Source: the human T2T-CHM13v2.0 reference genome, Homo sapiens
Strand: one strand, 5' to 3'
NCBI RefSeq assembly: GCF_009914755.1
Contig: NC_060929.1
DNA: 64,000 nucleotides
The notes below the pieces were generated by a model that saw only the letters and a program-made list of their open reading frames with translations, did no database searches and had not been told where the DNA came from. This document shows positions 27,751 to 42,300 of this stretch, piece by piece (the stretch's first letter is position 1; the number at the start of each line of letters is the position of its first letter). Position numbers and translations under genes: made by a program.

Positions 27751-29496
27751 TTCATATTCACAAAAACTGGGGCAGCTGCCCTGAGTTCTTTACCAAGATT
27801 GTCTCACATCCTAAATGGGGAAGGCACAAATGATTGACTTTGAAACACACAGGCAAAGGCACTGCTTCTCCTACTGCTGCTCCTGGCCCATACCCACAAG
27901 TATCACATAAACGTGCGACTTTCACACACACATGAACACAGCACAGTGCATCCTGCAGCTTTGCAAATTCAATGCTGGGCTTTTAAGTAATCAGTGCAAT
28001 TATGCAGGTGAGCACCAGGTGTGGGGCCGCGTAGGGTCCAGGTGGCCTAGGCATCAGGGGTTTAGTGACCATGGCCTATTCTTGAATTAAATTAAAATAA
28101 CCTGCTGCATAAAAAACAATAGGCAACAATATTCACTTACTTTTTGGGAGCAATGTGCAAATAAGACTAGCAATCAACTCCTTGGAAGTGGTATGTTTTT
28201 TAAACTTTTGTTTCAATTTGGTCCACTCCTTCCCGGCCTGATGAGTGAGTTTCCAGAGAGGATGTGGGGAGTTGGAATGGAGATAGGGAGGGCCGTCTGC
28301 TGGCGGGGCTCAGCCTCTGCTCAGTTGGGGTGCTCCCATATGCTCTTCAGTTCCTTCATCTATAAGACACGGGTCTCAGCCAAGATTACAGGAAATACTA
28401 CCCTCTGATTCTGAGCATCTAGGATGGGGTGCGGTGTGTGAATTCACCCCCTGTAAAGCAGGTGCCCCTTCCTCGGAGACTCAGCCAGACACCTAGCCTG
28501 CACCCTCCGTGGGCTCTCTGAAGGGCGACCCTCAGGGGGTGTGGCAATCAGGGGGTAATCACCCCCCTGGGATTGGCTTCACAGCTGCAAGTCAAATCTT
28601 ATAAGACCCAAGAGGCATGATTATCTGCTGTCATGGTTTAATTCTTAATTTAAACAAGAACCAGCACTAAAATAGGATTGGGGAGAGGATTATATTCCTC
28701 TCTGCCGAGACAAGGGGTGTGTGGGCTCCCTGAGAGCTTTGGGTCAGAGCCCTGAGGACCCCTCCTTGAAGCATGAGCAGCGGGCACTCCAGCAGAAATC
28801 TTGAGGCTGCATAATTTGCTGCGGATGCCCCAAAATGCAGAGGTCTTGGAACTCTCTGATGTCAACAGCAAGCCAGGGCATTTTCAGACTCACACTCTCT
28901 TAACCTTTTAAGCACACTTGTGAGCTGTGTTCTCATTAGCAGGTTTGTGTTCCAAGTACAGCAAGGGGTTGAGACTCATTATGCCTATTACAGAAAATTA
29001 GAATAGCTCAGTGTTACATTTAATACAAAGAGGCCAAACCTGCAATTAGAGAAAGTAATTTCAAACCATGGTAAAATATTAATATTAAAAGTGTTGCAAG
29101 GACAAGAATCTAATTAACACAAGTTAAAGAAAAGTCTTAAAGATTCTAATTTTATGATCTTTTTAAATAAAAATCCGATTAGAGTTCCCTCTTAAAGGTG
29201 ACATTTATAAAAACAGTTCCAAGCAATTTTAACTACAATGGATTTCCACAAGACAGCTTCCTGTCTGCACTGACTCCCTACTTTTAAATTTTATGAGGTT
29301 CTTCTGGCAGAGTTTTGTAACAGTTAAGATGAAAATTCGGATGCATGGCACCCTTTAAAAGGAGGGGGAAGAAAAGAAAAGGAGGAGGAAGAGGAAGAAG
29401 AAAGGAAAATAATCAATTTGGTATCAAATTTATTCCAAAGCAGAGAAGTGCATTTTTTTTTTTTTTTTTCTGATTGTGGAAAAAAGACATGCAGAG

Positions 29497-29509
29497 AGGT
29501 CAAAGGTCA
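29497..29509 (+). promoter_or_regulatory. Perfect DR1 nuclear-receptor element
   Basis: AGGTCA-A-AGGTCA in unique sequence. Function is untested. Confidence 0.55.
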
Positions 29510-31109
29510 CACAAAGAGGAGACAGTATTGTGTAGAAACTGTCACGCATCACCACCTATTTTGACATGCACGGGGCCGTTTGTTGTCTGTCGAACATGCA
29601 AATTAAGTGCCTGCTGTCATAGCCAGCCGATATCTGAAAGTGGAAAATGAGACCACCTGTAACCAATGAATGGAGTGATGGACAAGCATTCAGGGCTCGT
29701 CATCTCCGAGGCCATTCACTCCACCTTCGAATTGCATATGACATGTAAAAATCTTTTCTTAATATTCACAACCGGGAAGTTTGGGGAATTATGGAGGCTT
29801 CAACTGCTGCATCTAATGGGTTCTCCAAGCAGACAGCTGTGACTGTGAGCTGGCTTGATAATTAGGTGTCCAGGAAGATTTTATGCTACGAATCAGTTAA
29901 AAGGGAGAAAAGAAAAAGAAAATAATGGCAAGCAAAACTCGCTGGGATGGAAATTGCATTAACCCTTGTGTGTCTTCCTGCTCGTAAGCTTTCTTGGAGC
30001 CAGGATTAATTTTCTGGATATGGTGTCATCACACCTTCTATGTGTGGGTTTAATTCGTAAACACGCCCCAGTGTGCCGGATGGAATGGCTAGCTAATTTG
30101 GGCTACCATCCAGGAAGAGGTCGCTTATCAGTCAATGTGATACCACTTTCCATACTCATGCAATGATTCCCAACATGCACTGAAATTTTCCCGTCCGAAT
30201 GAAATTTTTGAAAAGTGTATTCTATTAAAAAAAAAAAAAAAAACGAAGAAAAAACCACAACACTAAGAATAGGGAATGATGGCTGCCTTCATGCAAATCA
30301 AAGTGTTTAATACACAGCTTCAGTCTTTTGTAGTATTTCTTCACCAGATGTTCATATTTATTTTGGGGGGGTTGGGGGCACCAAAATAGGCCATCTATAC
30401 AAAAAGAAACAGAAACTAAATTCTGACTGAGAACACTGTATACCATGCCTTTAGACTGGAACTAAAATATGGGAAGTATTGAATTATCCTTGAATGAGAC
30501 TCAATAATATAAACTGGAAGGATGTTGTTTACTGAAAATTGCCACCTCCTTCTTTCTTCAAACACAAACTTCCCGGTTCCAAGCTGAGCCTAACTGGGGA
30601 AATCCAGACGGACATTTCCCCAGGAAACGGGCTGCCTTCCCCTCCTGGATCTCCTCCATGACAGGGACTCTGAAGAGCTGTGCCAACTCAGGCTAGGGGC
30701 GGCGTCTCTGAATCTGTGTGTGGGACTCGCCCAGCACTGAGCCCGGCCTCCAAGTTCCTTTCTCTTGGGTCTTGTTATCAGTCTACCAAGAGAGCACTTT
30801 GTTTCAACTGGGTACGCACACAGCAAAAACGTGAGCCTACTTTAAAGGAAGCGACAGGGCTTACATTTAGTTTAATTTAGGGCTTAGATGTGGAAACAAG
30901 GAGCCGTGTCATGGTTAGGACAAAATGATTTCACCTTTGTCCCATCCGAAGAGCACAAGGATGGAAAGCCTATTTTAGAGTGGCAAGGCGGCATCCTTTA
31001 ACCCTCCGCGCCGTACACCACCCTTTGTGTTGTGCACTGTTTGAGACAGGATTTGTACTCCTCCTGATCTTAATGGCATTAGTGTAGAAAAGTGACATGT
31101 TAATAATTG

Positions 31110-31360
31110 GCAGAACCTTTTTTTATCTGATGAGTGTTGATTGAGAGCCCACTCTGCCACTGTGTGCCGGGTTGCAGACACCAGTGATGCTTCAAGGGAC
31201 ACGAGAGTAAAACTTTCTGCTCTCTCGACACTTAGATTCTAGTGAAGGGGAACTTTACATTGCAGAGATAATAAAAGCACAAATCTGTAGGTTGCTACAA
31301 AAGCAATGGAAAAATATCACAGTGTAGCAGGGTGAAGAACATTTGGAGGAAGGTAGGGAA
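31110..31360 (-). mobile_element. L2 LINE 3' remnant
   Basis: TTGATTGAGAGCCCACT...TGTGTGCCGGG...CTGCTCTC...CTTAGATTCTAGTG. Confidence 0.6.
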
Positions 31361-31472
31361 AGCAGCAAACGCATGCTATAGAGTCCATCATTCCAGAGTT
31401 ATTTGCAATAGAGCGTTTTTGAAAATTAAAACAACATTATAAGCGGTGAGAAATGTCAGAAAAGCCTGTTTC

Positions 31473-31868
31473 CAATGGCATGCTAGAGCCAGCTTGTACC
31501 AGTGAGGTGGTTGTTAAACACAGCCATCGCTGATATTTTAATTATGTGCATTTAAAATTAAATATATTCTATTATAGAAAAAACGGATAAATCTGAGTGT
31601 ATATCACTGCGGAATTACTTGAGTGCATTTTGTTATCACTTAGGGTCTTGAGGCTGTTCGGCCTCTTGCATCTGAATGATGCAATACTGTACAGTGACGC
31701 TGCTGCCTAGCCTGCCCCACTTCATGTTCAGTGAGTCATGTTTGTAGATTGAAATTGACCGTGGTGGCAACGTTTACACCATGGATACTGGCAAATGAGA
31801 CCTATCGGGCCTTTGTCTCCCCGCTCTGAGAACTGGCTGGTGGTTAATCATTTACCAGCCCATCACTG
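31473..31868. mobile_element. MER63 (MER63B-like) hAT-Blackjack DNA transposon
   Basis: Terminal inverted repeats CAATGGCATGCTAG / CCAGCCCATCACTG. Internal GTTAAACACAGCCAT and TTTACACCATGGA motifs. Confidence 0.8.
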
Positions 31869-32012
31869 TCCTTACCCCAGGTTGACGTCCTGACACCTTG
31901 ACGAGTTCTGCTCTGTGGGACATTTGCCACATCAAATAAAAAGCACGTAGAGCTTCCAGGAGGGCAGGCAGAGTGGTAGCCCATTCATTTTTGATCCAGA
32001 TGCTGGCCTTAG

Positions 32013-32342
<330 letters not shown>

Positions 32343-34138
32343 AGCCATGTTTTCTTTGTGGTGGCATATCCGGCTTTGTAGGAAGCCTTCCCCCTCGCCT
32401 GGCCTCTAGGTGACCTTGAGGCTGTTCATGCAATCATCCTCCCCAGCAAAAGTGTTTCAGTTCCAACGTTACCTGGAAAATCCTAGAAAAGCAGAATAAT
32501 TCTAACCTGGAATGACTTCTAACTCAGGGAATTTCAGAGTGCGGGAAGTTGAGTCTGCATGATTCTGATACAGCAGCTAAGCTCTATTTCTGACCGATTC
32601 ACCTGCCTAATACTTAGGTTCTCGGACTGGCTGCAGGAAGTGAGTTTAATCCGGGAGGCTGTGTTTTCTTTATCATGGTGTCCTTCATGCCTAATAACGG
32701 GTTCTTTAAAAAAGCCCCTGGGCTGTTTGCAGCAAGATCAAGCAGGATGGGAACCCCTGGGCCACTCAGAAGCTGTACCTCCACTCTGGATGGGACGTCC
32801 CTGGATGTAGCGGGACAGCCCGGGCAGCTGCTGTGGGCTCTAGAAGCCTGGGAATGAGGCAGAGAAAGGATTCGGTTAGAAAATCCTGCAGCATTTTAAA
32901 TGTGATATTTCTACCTTAGGTTGCATGATTCAGCTACAGTCCTCCAAATCTGTTTCACAGTAATATTATCTGGGAAAACATATAACAGTGACTCGCATTT
33001 AGTTTGGAAAAAAATAGTGACTATTTTTACAGAAATAAATCGAGGCACTTTTATAAATAAGAACATAGATTGATGCATTCATTCTAGGTTCCATGTCATG
33101 ATTGAAAAAGACGCTAAACAGGAAATTTCTTAGTTTCAGCAAGTATGCCCAAGCTATACCCCTGAGCTGCTGGGTTTGGCACCTGATCTTTGATCCATTT
33201 CAATTATAGGGAAAAAGAAAACTGCATTTTTCAGTCAATTCAGAGAGGAACATCTTTAATTGTACCACTTACTTGTGACAACTTGTGTCCAAATCATCAC
33301 AAAGTCAGCAGCTTCACCCATGACACGGTCGTGTATGTGTGTGTTGTGTGTGCGGATGTGCAAGAGGGAGGGTACAGGGAGAAGGGGATCGTAAGTTTTA
33401 TGTGGTTTAAGCAATGCCAGCAGCAAGGGTCTGTGTCAGGAGCTGGATGCTGGAGCTGAGAGACAAAGTCAGCCTACCTGACGGATACAGACATGTTCTC
33501 TGGAGGTGGTGCCATGGCTGTGTCCCGAGTGATGGGCTGAGTTTATTTAACCCTTCTTTTCCTGGCTAAAGGGGGATTTCGTTTTCCAGCAATCAAGCCA
33601 GGTGGAGGGGCTAGAATTCGGGAAATGGGTGTATAAGAGGGAGGTAGGGAGGGAGGAGAAGGAAGGTGGGGTGGCTCAGGACATGCCTCCTGGAGCCATT
33701 GGGGATGGGACTCTGCATAAACCATGATTGGCCAAGCTCTCCTTTCCAAAGTGGGCTTCCATGTCCCCACAGGTAAAGGTCAGAGTCCTGTGACATTGAC
33801 AGAAGCCTGCAGGGGTAGGGGAAGGTCCACCTTTAAGCTTCAGCCTGGTCTCAGAATTCACAGTGGGTTTGAGAGAGAGATCTAGTCTTGAAGCATTCAG
33901 AGGTTTTACTTTTTCTTACCATTTCTAAAATCATTCCCCTGTGCCATGTGTTACACTAAGCAGTTATCAAGTGTTTAAATTCAAAGCAAACCTGGGAGAA
34001 AGGCCCTATTGTGCCCATTGTTCAAGAGGTGCAAATCAAGCTGGACTGTTGTCCCATGGCTTATGTTGAATTTATATTTGGTTCCTCATGCACAGTTTTG
34101 AATAATATATGATACTACTGATAGTGGTGTATTTTTTT

Positions 34139-34541
34139 TAAAAAAAATTTTATTTCATTTGATTTTAAGTTCCAGGATACATGTGCAGGATGTGCAGGTT
34201 TTTTTACGTAGGTAAGTGTGTGCCATGGTGGTTTGCTGCACCTATCAACCCATCACCTAGGCATTAAGCCCAGTGTGCATTAGCTGTTTTTCCTGACGTT
34301 CTCCCTCTCCCCGCCCACCCTTACAGGCACCAGTGTGTGTTTCTCCCCTTCCTGTGTCCAAGTGTTCTCATTGTTCAGCTCCCACTTATATGTGAGAACA
34401 CGAGGTGTTTGGTTTCCTGTTCCTGTGTTAGTTTGCTGAGGATAATGGCTTCCAGCTCCATCCAGGTCCCTGCAAAGGACATGATCCTGTTCCTTTTTAT
34501 GGCTGCATAGTATTCCATAGTGTATATACCACATTTTCTTT
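34139..34541 (-). mobile_element. 5'-truncated L1PA (L1PA8-11-like) 3' end
   Basis: ATACATGTGCAGGATGTGCAGG...CCCATCACCTAGG...TGCAAAGGACATGATC. TSD TAGTGGT(G/A)TATTTTTTT at 34122 and 34543. Confidence 0.93.
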
Positions 34542-37500
34542 GTAGTGGTATATTTTTTTCTAGTAAACATATGTGGCTTAATTAAAGAACTCTGGATATG
34601 TCTTCATTAAAACAAAAATTTTAGATAACCATCCAGATGAAGTGTTTCTTACGAACTACTAGAAGTTAGCCTCTGATTTGTAAATGGGAAGCTACTCAGG
34701 TAACATCTTTGGTATTTTTCTTGTATTATAATCATTAGGCAGGACTTGAACACTACTGTAGGAGCAGAAGTCAACTTGTCTATGTTAAGTTCACACATTT
34801 GGTCAGCTTTTGTTTGCTGAACACCTCGTGATACTCATATTCATTGTTAGTGCCCTACGGCAAACACTGGGTGAGAAGTCAAGTTGAGCTGCCCTCAAAG
34901 ATCTTAGGCTCTGGTAGGACAGACAAGTAAAGAAAGTTAGTCTTCTCTGCAAACATAGAGTCCTTCTTCCCATTCCAGCTCTTGGTGGAGGTGTTCTGTA
35001 AACTGCCAGCAATTTCATGCAGTGCTTAATCAAAATGCAGCCTTTGCTAATATTGCCTCCCAGTGTGAGGAAATTCTAGATTTTAAAAACGTATGTTCAT
35101 GACATCATTTAGCTGAACATAACAATATTACTTTTCATTCATGTGAACTGAGAAAGGACTTAGCATTTCTTCAGGTCATTAAATTTGCCTTATATAAGAG
35201 TAGTCTTTTTACTTAATCTTTTAAAATCTCTTGATAAAAGATCAACCTCCACTTCCGTCCCTACATGCTGATGGGAGCCGTCCCAACACCACTAGCCGGT
35301 CAGCTGTAGTCGTGTCTATTTCTGGATTCTGTTAGACAGAGTTCCATTCTGTCCATTGTGGAGAAATGCCAAACGATGATCATAAAAGATTATCACCGTG
35401 TTTAATTATATGTAAAGTTTTGCTTCAAGCTTAAAGTTGAACATTCTGGGTTATAAATTTCTAGGAACAATTGACTATGTTTTAAATGTACAAGTGGACA
35501 TGGTTATGATGTCACATTTTAAAAAGGCTTTAAGTTATGAACAAACAGCAAAAAGGAGCTCTGACACACTGGTCTGGACTTTTTCTATTTTCCCCTTTGA
35601 GGCTGGTTTCAGGTTATTTGTAGCAAATAGCAGGTAAACTGGAAAAACTTCTAAATGTTTAATCACACTTTCCTTCATCCTTTACAGAGAAACTCATCCT
35701 CCTACCATGATAGTTTCTTTCAAATAGGGACTCCCATATTACACTAAAGTAAGTAATGTCAGATTATGATTTAAAAATGAAAATAAAAATTTTACACACA
35801 ACCTAAAATTATGACTACTTTGTTTCATACTAACCTTACATTGAAATTCTGATTAATCCTAAAGAAAACCTCCACAATTTTTTTCCCCTTAGGATTGCAT
35901 TTAGATGGTCTAAAATATTAGCAGGCATTATTGCAATCTGCCCTCAGAGTTATCATTATCTTCATTTTGCATTAAAAGAAGACATGACTGTGCTTTTCTT
36001 GGAAGGCATGACAGTTGTGGGAGAGGTTTGCAAAATAAACATCACCCCTTATACTGTGGAGGGGAAGGCATACACACGGTGCAGCAAAACAGAAACTTAC
36101 ATTATGCAACTTTATGGATGGCATCTGGGCAGACATAGTTTTTAACCAAACTTTGCTTTAAGGGGAAAGAAAGCACAGAATATTCTATTCGCAGGAACAC
36201 TGGAAGGTGCAAAATCATGCACACATTGTCTCTGTAATGTAAAGACTCAATATTGAGCAAAGTTAAACAAAATCTCTGCATAAGAGATGTAAAAGCTATT
36301 GGATTATTGCACCGACTTAATATAGAATGGCACTTTTCTTGTGTTACAAAAAACAAAACAGCACCAAAGCCTAAATAAAGGCATCTTATGGATCAAGCAT
36401 GCATAATAACATGCAGTCTAACGGGTGTGGAGAAAGACTTACGGTGTGAGCAAGTTTGAAGGAAATGCATTTTAATCCTTCACTATCATGCTGCTTTAAA
36501 AGTTCTGGAAGGGCTTTTAGCATATCAAATTTACAATTATTATTCATAGTTTGTGATTTGGCTACAAAAGTATTAAAAACACTTTATTCTTTCAACAAAG
36601 TTGAATGTTTCTTTCCCATACATTCTTTCTTCTTATTTTGGCAGTGACAATTATTTTTTCCTTAATATCAAGTGCAAATATACAGTTAAGGACTTAATAT
36701 TTAAACCCATGGCTTTATAGCATATGCAACTGATGATCATCAAATATATGTAAAAATATAAGAATTCAAGATGTTAGTTCCCTCTTGCTTTCAGAATTCT
36801 GGGCTTCTTATTGCATTTCAGTCTTTTTTGACATTGAGGATCTAATTTCTTTCAAACTCTTTCCATTAAAAAATTAAATATTATTTGCAAAATTTGCATT
36901 TTTTTGGAACCACATTTTTCCTTCTGTTTTCTTCCAGGAAAAGGCAGAAAAATTGGGATTGTTTCTCCCCTGTGTCTGCAGGGGAGTCTCACTTTGCGCT
37001 AGCCAGGGCTTCAGAGGATACACATCTTCTACCACAAATACCTAGGGCTCCATCTCCTACATATAAATATGCAAATACAGACATAGCCATATGTGCTTTC
37101 TATAGGGGTGTTAAGTTAGACCTTCAAAACAGAAGGTGGTCTGGAAATGGTCTCCCAGTTAGGATCAAAATACAAGATAGTTCACAGCCCTGCAAAAAGA
37201 GGTTATACCACTCAGTCCACTGATTACTTAATACACGGTGTTGTTTTATGAAAAGCTATATCACTAAGTATAGAAATATTTAGGTTAAATATATTGTATA
37301 ATTTTTGTATTGTATAATTTTTGAAATTGTAATTTTTAATTGTTTTAATACTTCATTTTTAAAACACCAACTCTCCCTCTGTGGTTTACAAGAACATTTT
37401 TAAAAGCTTTTCTTTCCTAGAAATGCCGTGTTTAAAAACTGATGACAACCTGCTCCACACAGAGAGCAACTCGGAAGATAAGAATAAAACAGACAACTCA

Positions 37501-39332
37501 TGTTATAACAGAAATGGCCCGTTTGTAAATAATATGCTTTCAGAATTGACATATTCATTCCACTTAAAACTATAAAAATGTATTTTGCATTTACTTTTGT
37601 GTAATGAAATAATAAACACATGGCAACATGATTCTATCTTTGCAAGCCTGTACAGTATATTAATTATGGCAGCTACCTGTATTTGCGACCATCCAGCTGG
37701 CTGTTAAGAATAGCTATTTTAAAAATCATTTCTGCAAAGGTTCCCAGTGAGCCATAAAATGTGCCTAAAAAACAAATACTACTAATGTCAAGTGTGTTTT
37801 GTGTATCCATCAGTCTTTTTAAAAATATTTTTTAGTAAGGTTATTTTGATAGATAACTTCAGGAAACTTTTCTAACCTGTTTTAAAATAGTCTGTCGAAA
37901 AAAATTAGGAACAAAGCCCAGTATGAATATAAATTATTTGTCAACATATGGTAGCGGAGGGCGTTGCCGAGCTCAAAGTCCACACAAAGAGCAGGCATTG
38001 TCCCTGGTGATGAAGTTCTCAGAGTGAAGTTCTATGGTGGTGGCAAGAACTTGCTCACATGTTCTGGGCTACAGCACTTGGTAAAGCAAGGGACAGCTGC
38101 AGCAATTCTACATAATTAGTCAAGGTCAGACACTGCAAATGGAGGACATTCACCATTTGTCAGGAGAACAATGGAAGGAGACCTAAGCATTCTCAACTGG
38201 GAATGGCTGTGAGCGGATCGCATTGAATATGGGGTGAAGCAAGCCTGCCCTCTTTTGTGCTCACTGGAAGGGGGGCAGCCACTCAGGACAATTCAAATGT
38301 TAGCACTAGCAAGGCTAACCAATGTCACAAAACACAATCTTGTTTTAACTACCAGAAGCATATGTTCATTGACACAGCGTAATGTTGGTGACACTTGAAG
38401 AAAACAGTGAAAGAAGAAACGAGAGAATAAATGTATTTTTTACGTGTGCTTGGGATTTCATGTTTCCTTCATCCATTCAATGGTATAATCTTTTAAGTTA
38501 CCAATTGATGGAATGTAATCCTTTAAATAAAGGGATGATTACTTTTAAATGAACAGTAGAGCTTTGGAATAAGGAAAAATATGTTGATTTAGGATAAAAT
38601 GCTTTTGTCTTAATGGTTGCTTATAGAAGTGCTTTATTTCTCAAAGGAAAAATGAAACACATTCAAATGGTTAAATAAAGTAAATTTAGAGGAAAACTTT
38701 CGGCACTGATAGATATCTTAGTCCCACTAAAACATTCCAATCTGCCCAACAAGCAAGACTACAGTGTAATTTTTAAAGCTGAAAAAAGTCTGGGCTAGTT
38801 TTGAGTCAAAGGGAACAAGGAAATTGGTGTTTAAGTTGAGATCCTCAGAGGTTTGGGAAGTTAATTTATTTTTAAATGCCTGCATCATACCCAGTGAAGA
38901 GGAAAGCTTTCAGTTTGCCTCTGTCCTTGTTTTTGTGTTGTCCTTTCCAACTTGTGTAACGCTGAGCAAAGAGAGGACCCGTGCTGGCCTGAGGCAGGGC
39001 AACCCGGGGTCCGCTGAATGCTCACTGGGCATCCTCTGCCTCCTGCCCCAGAGCAGGCCCGTGGGGATGAGCCAGGACCACCTGGCAAGAGGGTCCACTG
39101 GGCTGTGGGCTGCAGAGATTGCTCATCAGCCCGCTCTCCTGTATCAAAATTTCCAGGTGACATTCGTTCTTTGGACTCAGGGCCCTCATTAGTGTCTCAT
39201 TATAATGTCTTCCCACAAATCAGATTTCAGTCCATGCACTTTGCAACAGAATTTCTTCCTGCGGTGGGAGGCAAAAAAAAAAAAAAAAAAAAAAAAGGCA
39301 GTGAAAGAATGACTAAAACTAAGAAGTTAGTG

Positions 39333-39346
39333 TCTCTCTCTCTCAT

Positions 39347-39397
<51 letters not shown>
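39333..39397. repeat. (TC)n(CA)n compound microsatellite
   Basis: Seen directly in the sequence. Confidence 0.95.
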
Positions 39398-42300
39398 ATC
39401 TGTTAGAAATTATAGCGTGTATTATGTTTATAGAAGACTCCAGATGAGAGAGGTGGTTTACCACCTTTCAATTATACGTTACAGGAATTCATTATCTATC
39501 TCATTATGTAACAAAAAAATATATTTTAGCCTTTTACCACACTTTCATTTTCAAATGAATATGTCAGAATAAGAAGAAACTACAAGATCCTTTCCCATTG
39601 CTGCAATCAAGGCAAGTGAATTATACATTATATATAAATTCCCAGGATTTTATAAGAAGGAACTGTAGGTGCGTGTACCCATGCAGGTATCCAGCGTACA
39701 CATGCTGATGCACACACACGCACAGAGAGTTTGGATCATTTTCTTCCATCCTTTCAGCTAAAAGAATAATCCTCAGTTTTCTCTCTCAGGAGCCCTTCTT
39801 ACCTATACGTAAGATGAAAAAGGAAGAACGAAACAGCACAAAACATGTCACCTCTAATATTAGAACCATTTCTCCTACATCTTTCACATCTTCCAGATTT
39901 TCTCCTGTGTCTTCCAGAGGAAGTGATAGAATCTGCTGTGTAATTTAGGTAAATCCCCACATACGAGCATACAAACTTCACTCTCAGTAAGGTTAATAAA
40001 GATCATGACCTATTAACTTTTTTATTTTTCCATAGAGGAGTTTATCCGAGGGCATAAGAAACTGGCAACTTCATGTAACCATGGCAAATTATGTTCTTTG
40101 AATTCTCACTGAAATATATTCGGCAATTAAAAATGAAATATACTATTAGGTCAACTCTTCCTCTGTAGTATTTCCTTCATGACTCTTTATTTAAATTTAG
40201 AAGAAATGCTGCTGTTTCTACGTAGTGGAAGTACATTTGTTGCAGTTTCTTTAGGATTACTTTTTAGAAAAATCCTCACAAGTGAACCCGCTGTGCGGTA
40301 CCACTATGGTATCCATCCCTTCATCCACTAACTACTGTACTAAGTAGGTTCCTGGCAGTTAATCATGTCAGGGAAAATGATACACAAAGCACACCAGGCT
40401 ATCCATTGTTTCAATTTAATCTGAAAGGGGAATAATAACTGCTAATGTGAGATTATGATTCAGCATGCTTATTACAATGCCATTATGTCTGATTATTTTT
40501 ATTTCAGTCACTAATGCATGCAATTAACACAGTCTCTAAGGACTTAAAGGCAGTTCTATATTTATTTCTGATCTGAAATGCAACTAGAATTGATTAAACT
40601 AATATGAAGAAATTATATTTATCATTAAGCATCCTCTAGTTAAGCCTCAGACTTTGATAAATGAAGAACGGTTTTTACAGCTGGATAGAAGTGCATTCAG
40701 ACTAAACTAATTTAACCCTAAAGACAGCCATACACATGTAATATATAGATAACTCACTACTTCACAAAAGACAAAATAATTTTCACCGGTTAGTTTTCTC
40801 TGAATGGAGAGTAGAAGCAAGCATATTTCGAAGGAAAACTAAAATGACATTAGTACTAAAGACAGTCAACTTTGTGCCTAACTTTCTTAAGTTTAGAAAG
40901 AGTACTTAATGTATTATTTATAATCTCTAATTATAACATATTGCATATGATCTCTATCCCTCCAGATGGTTAATTTTAGACTTGTCTGCAACTGATCATA
41001 AAGTCACCCTAAAGTGAATTAACTAAATAATTCTAGACAAGGGATACACTGTGCTTTCCTCTTTCTAAATTTGGAAGTGCCTTAAAATTGCCTCTCCCTC
41101 CATTAACATATATAAAGTTCTGCGTATTAACTGCAGAAGGAACTGGGGCTGAAAAGGAAAACTGGCTCCTCTAAGCTAAAGCTTGTTCTAATTTTTCAAA
41201 TTAATGCATCTAATTTTCAAATATTAGGTAAAAATATTCTAAAAGTCTAGGAATCTGTAAATTTGTTATGCAGTTTAAAAATGTCCTCTTTGTGCCATAA
41301 AGTAATTGTTTTCAGCTTTCAAGTATCTTAAAGCTGTAATTATTATCATTAATCTTTTTTTAAAGACCAGACTTAAGTTACTTCCTGGTAGTGAATTTTA
41401 ATGACTACCACACTATCCCTAATGGGATCCTAGTGACCTAAAATAATTAATGCGCCTCAGAAAGGGCCAGCATTGTAAATCAGGAGCATGCTGGGAAAAT
41501 CTTGCAGACCCAGCCCCACAATGCGGGACTGTACCAGCCACAGGCGGATGTGGGATTTTCCCTCAGAGCTAAATCTTTGCCTCTGTGGAGACAATCACAG
41601 AGTCAACCATGGGTCGATGATGCTTTATTGCTGCTGTTTTTGTTTCCTCTCCACTCTTGCATTTTCTCTACGCAAATCACTAACTAACTATTCATCCTGC
41701 CCGTGGTTTCTTGGGTTCACGCTCCACAAGCTGAGAAGATTGCAGCGCTGATGAGGTTTTATGATGAGAAAGGGGGTTGTCTGCTTAGCTGAGAGCACGG
41801 CTTCCAAAGCACCTGCCTGAGAGAATAATAAACATGCACACGCGGACATCCACGTGCACTGCAGAGTTGGAATGTGTTTTCTGAAGTCTAACAGATGTAT
41901 GCAATTCTTCATTGTTTCTTAAGATACTAACAAAGAAAGGGTTAATCATTAGCATAAAAATTCCACCAAAATTCCATAACCAAATAATTTATTGTCTGCA
42001 AGAATGTGAGAACAAAAGAGAGAAAAGCTAACTTCTACAATTCTTCAGGATATACTGATGCTGTAGGAAGATTTGGTATTTTACATTAGACAACTCTTAA
42101 ACTATCACTTGAATTATCTCAGCCTGTGACATCATTGAATACAGTTCTAGAATTCAAACGTCCACAGAATGAGGGAGGCATGTACTTAAACAATGGTATT
42201 ATTAGTGCTGTGACCAAATTGTTTCTTGTCAGTTAACTCTGATTTTTTCCCTCTTCTTTTAATTTTGTAATGAGAGTCACTATATTTCTTAGCTCCATTC

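Noticed and set aside
39018-39572. 184-aa ORF
   Set aside because: It is kept open by poly-A and TC/CA microsatellites (poly-K, SL and TH runs) and has no protein-like composition.
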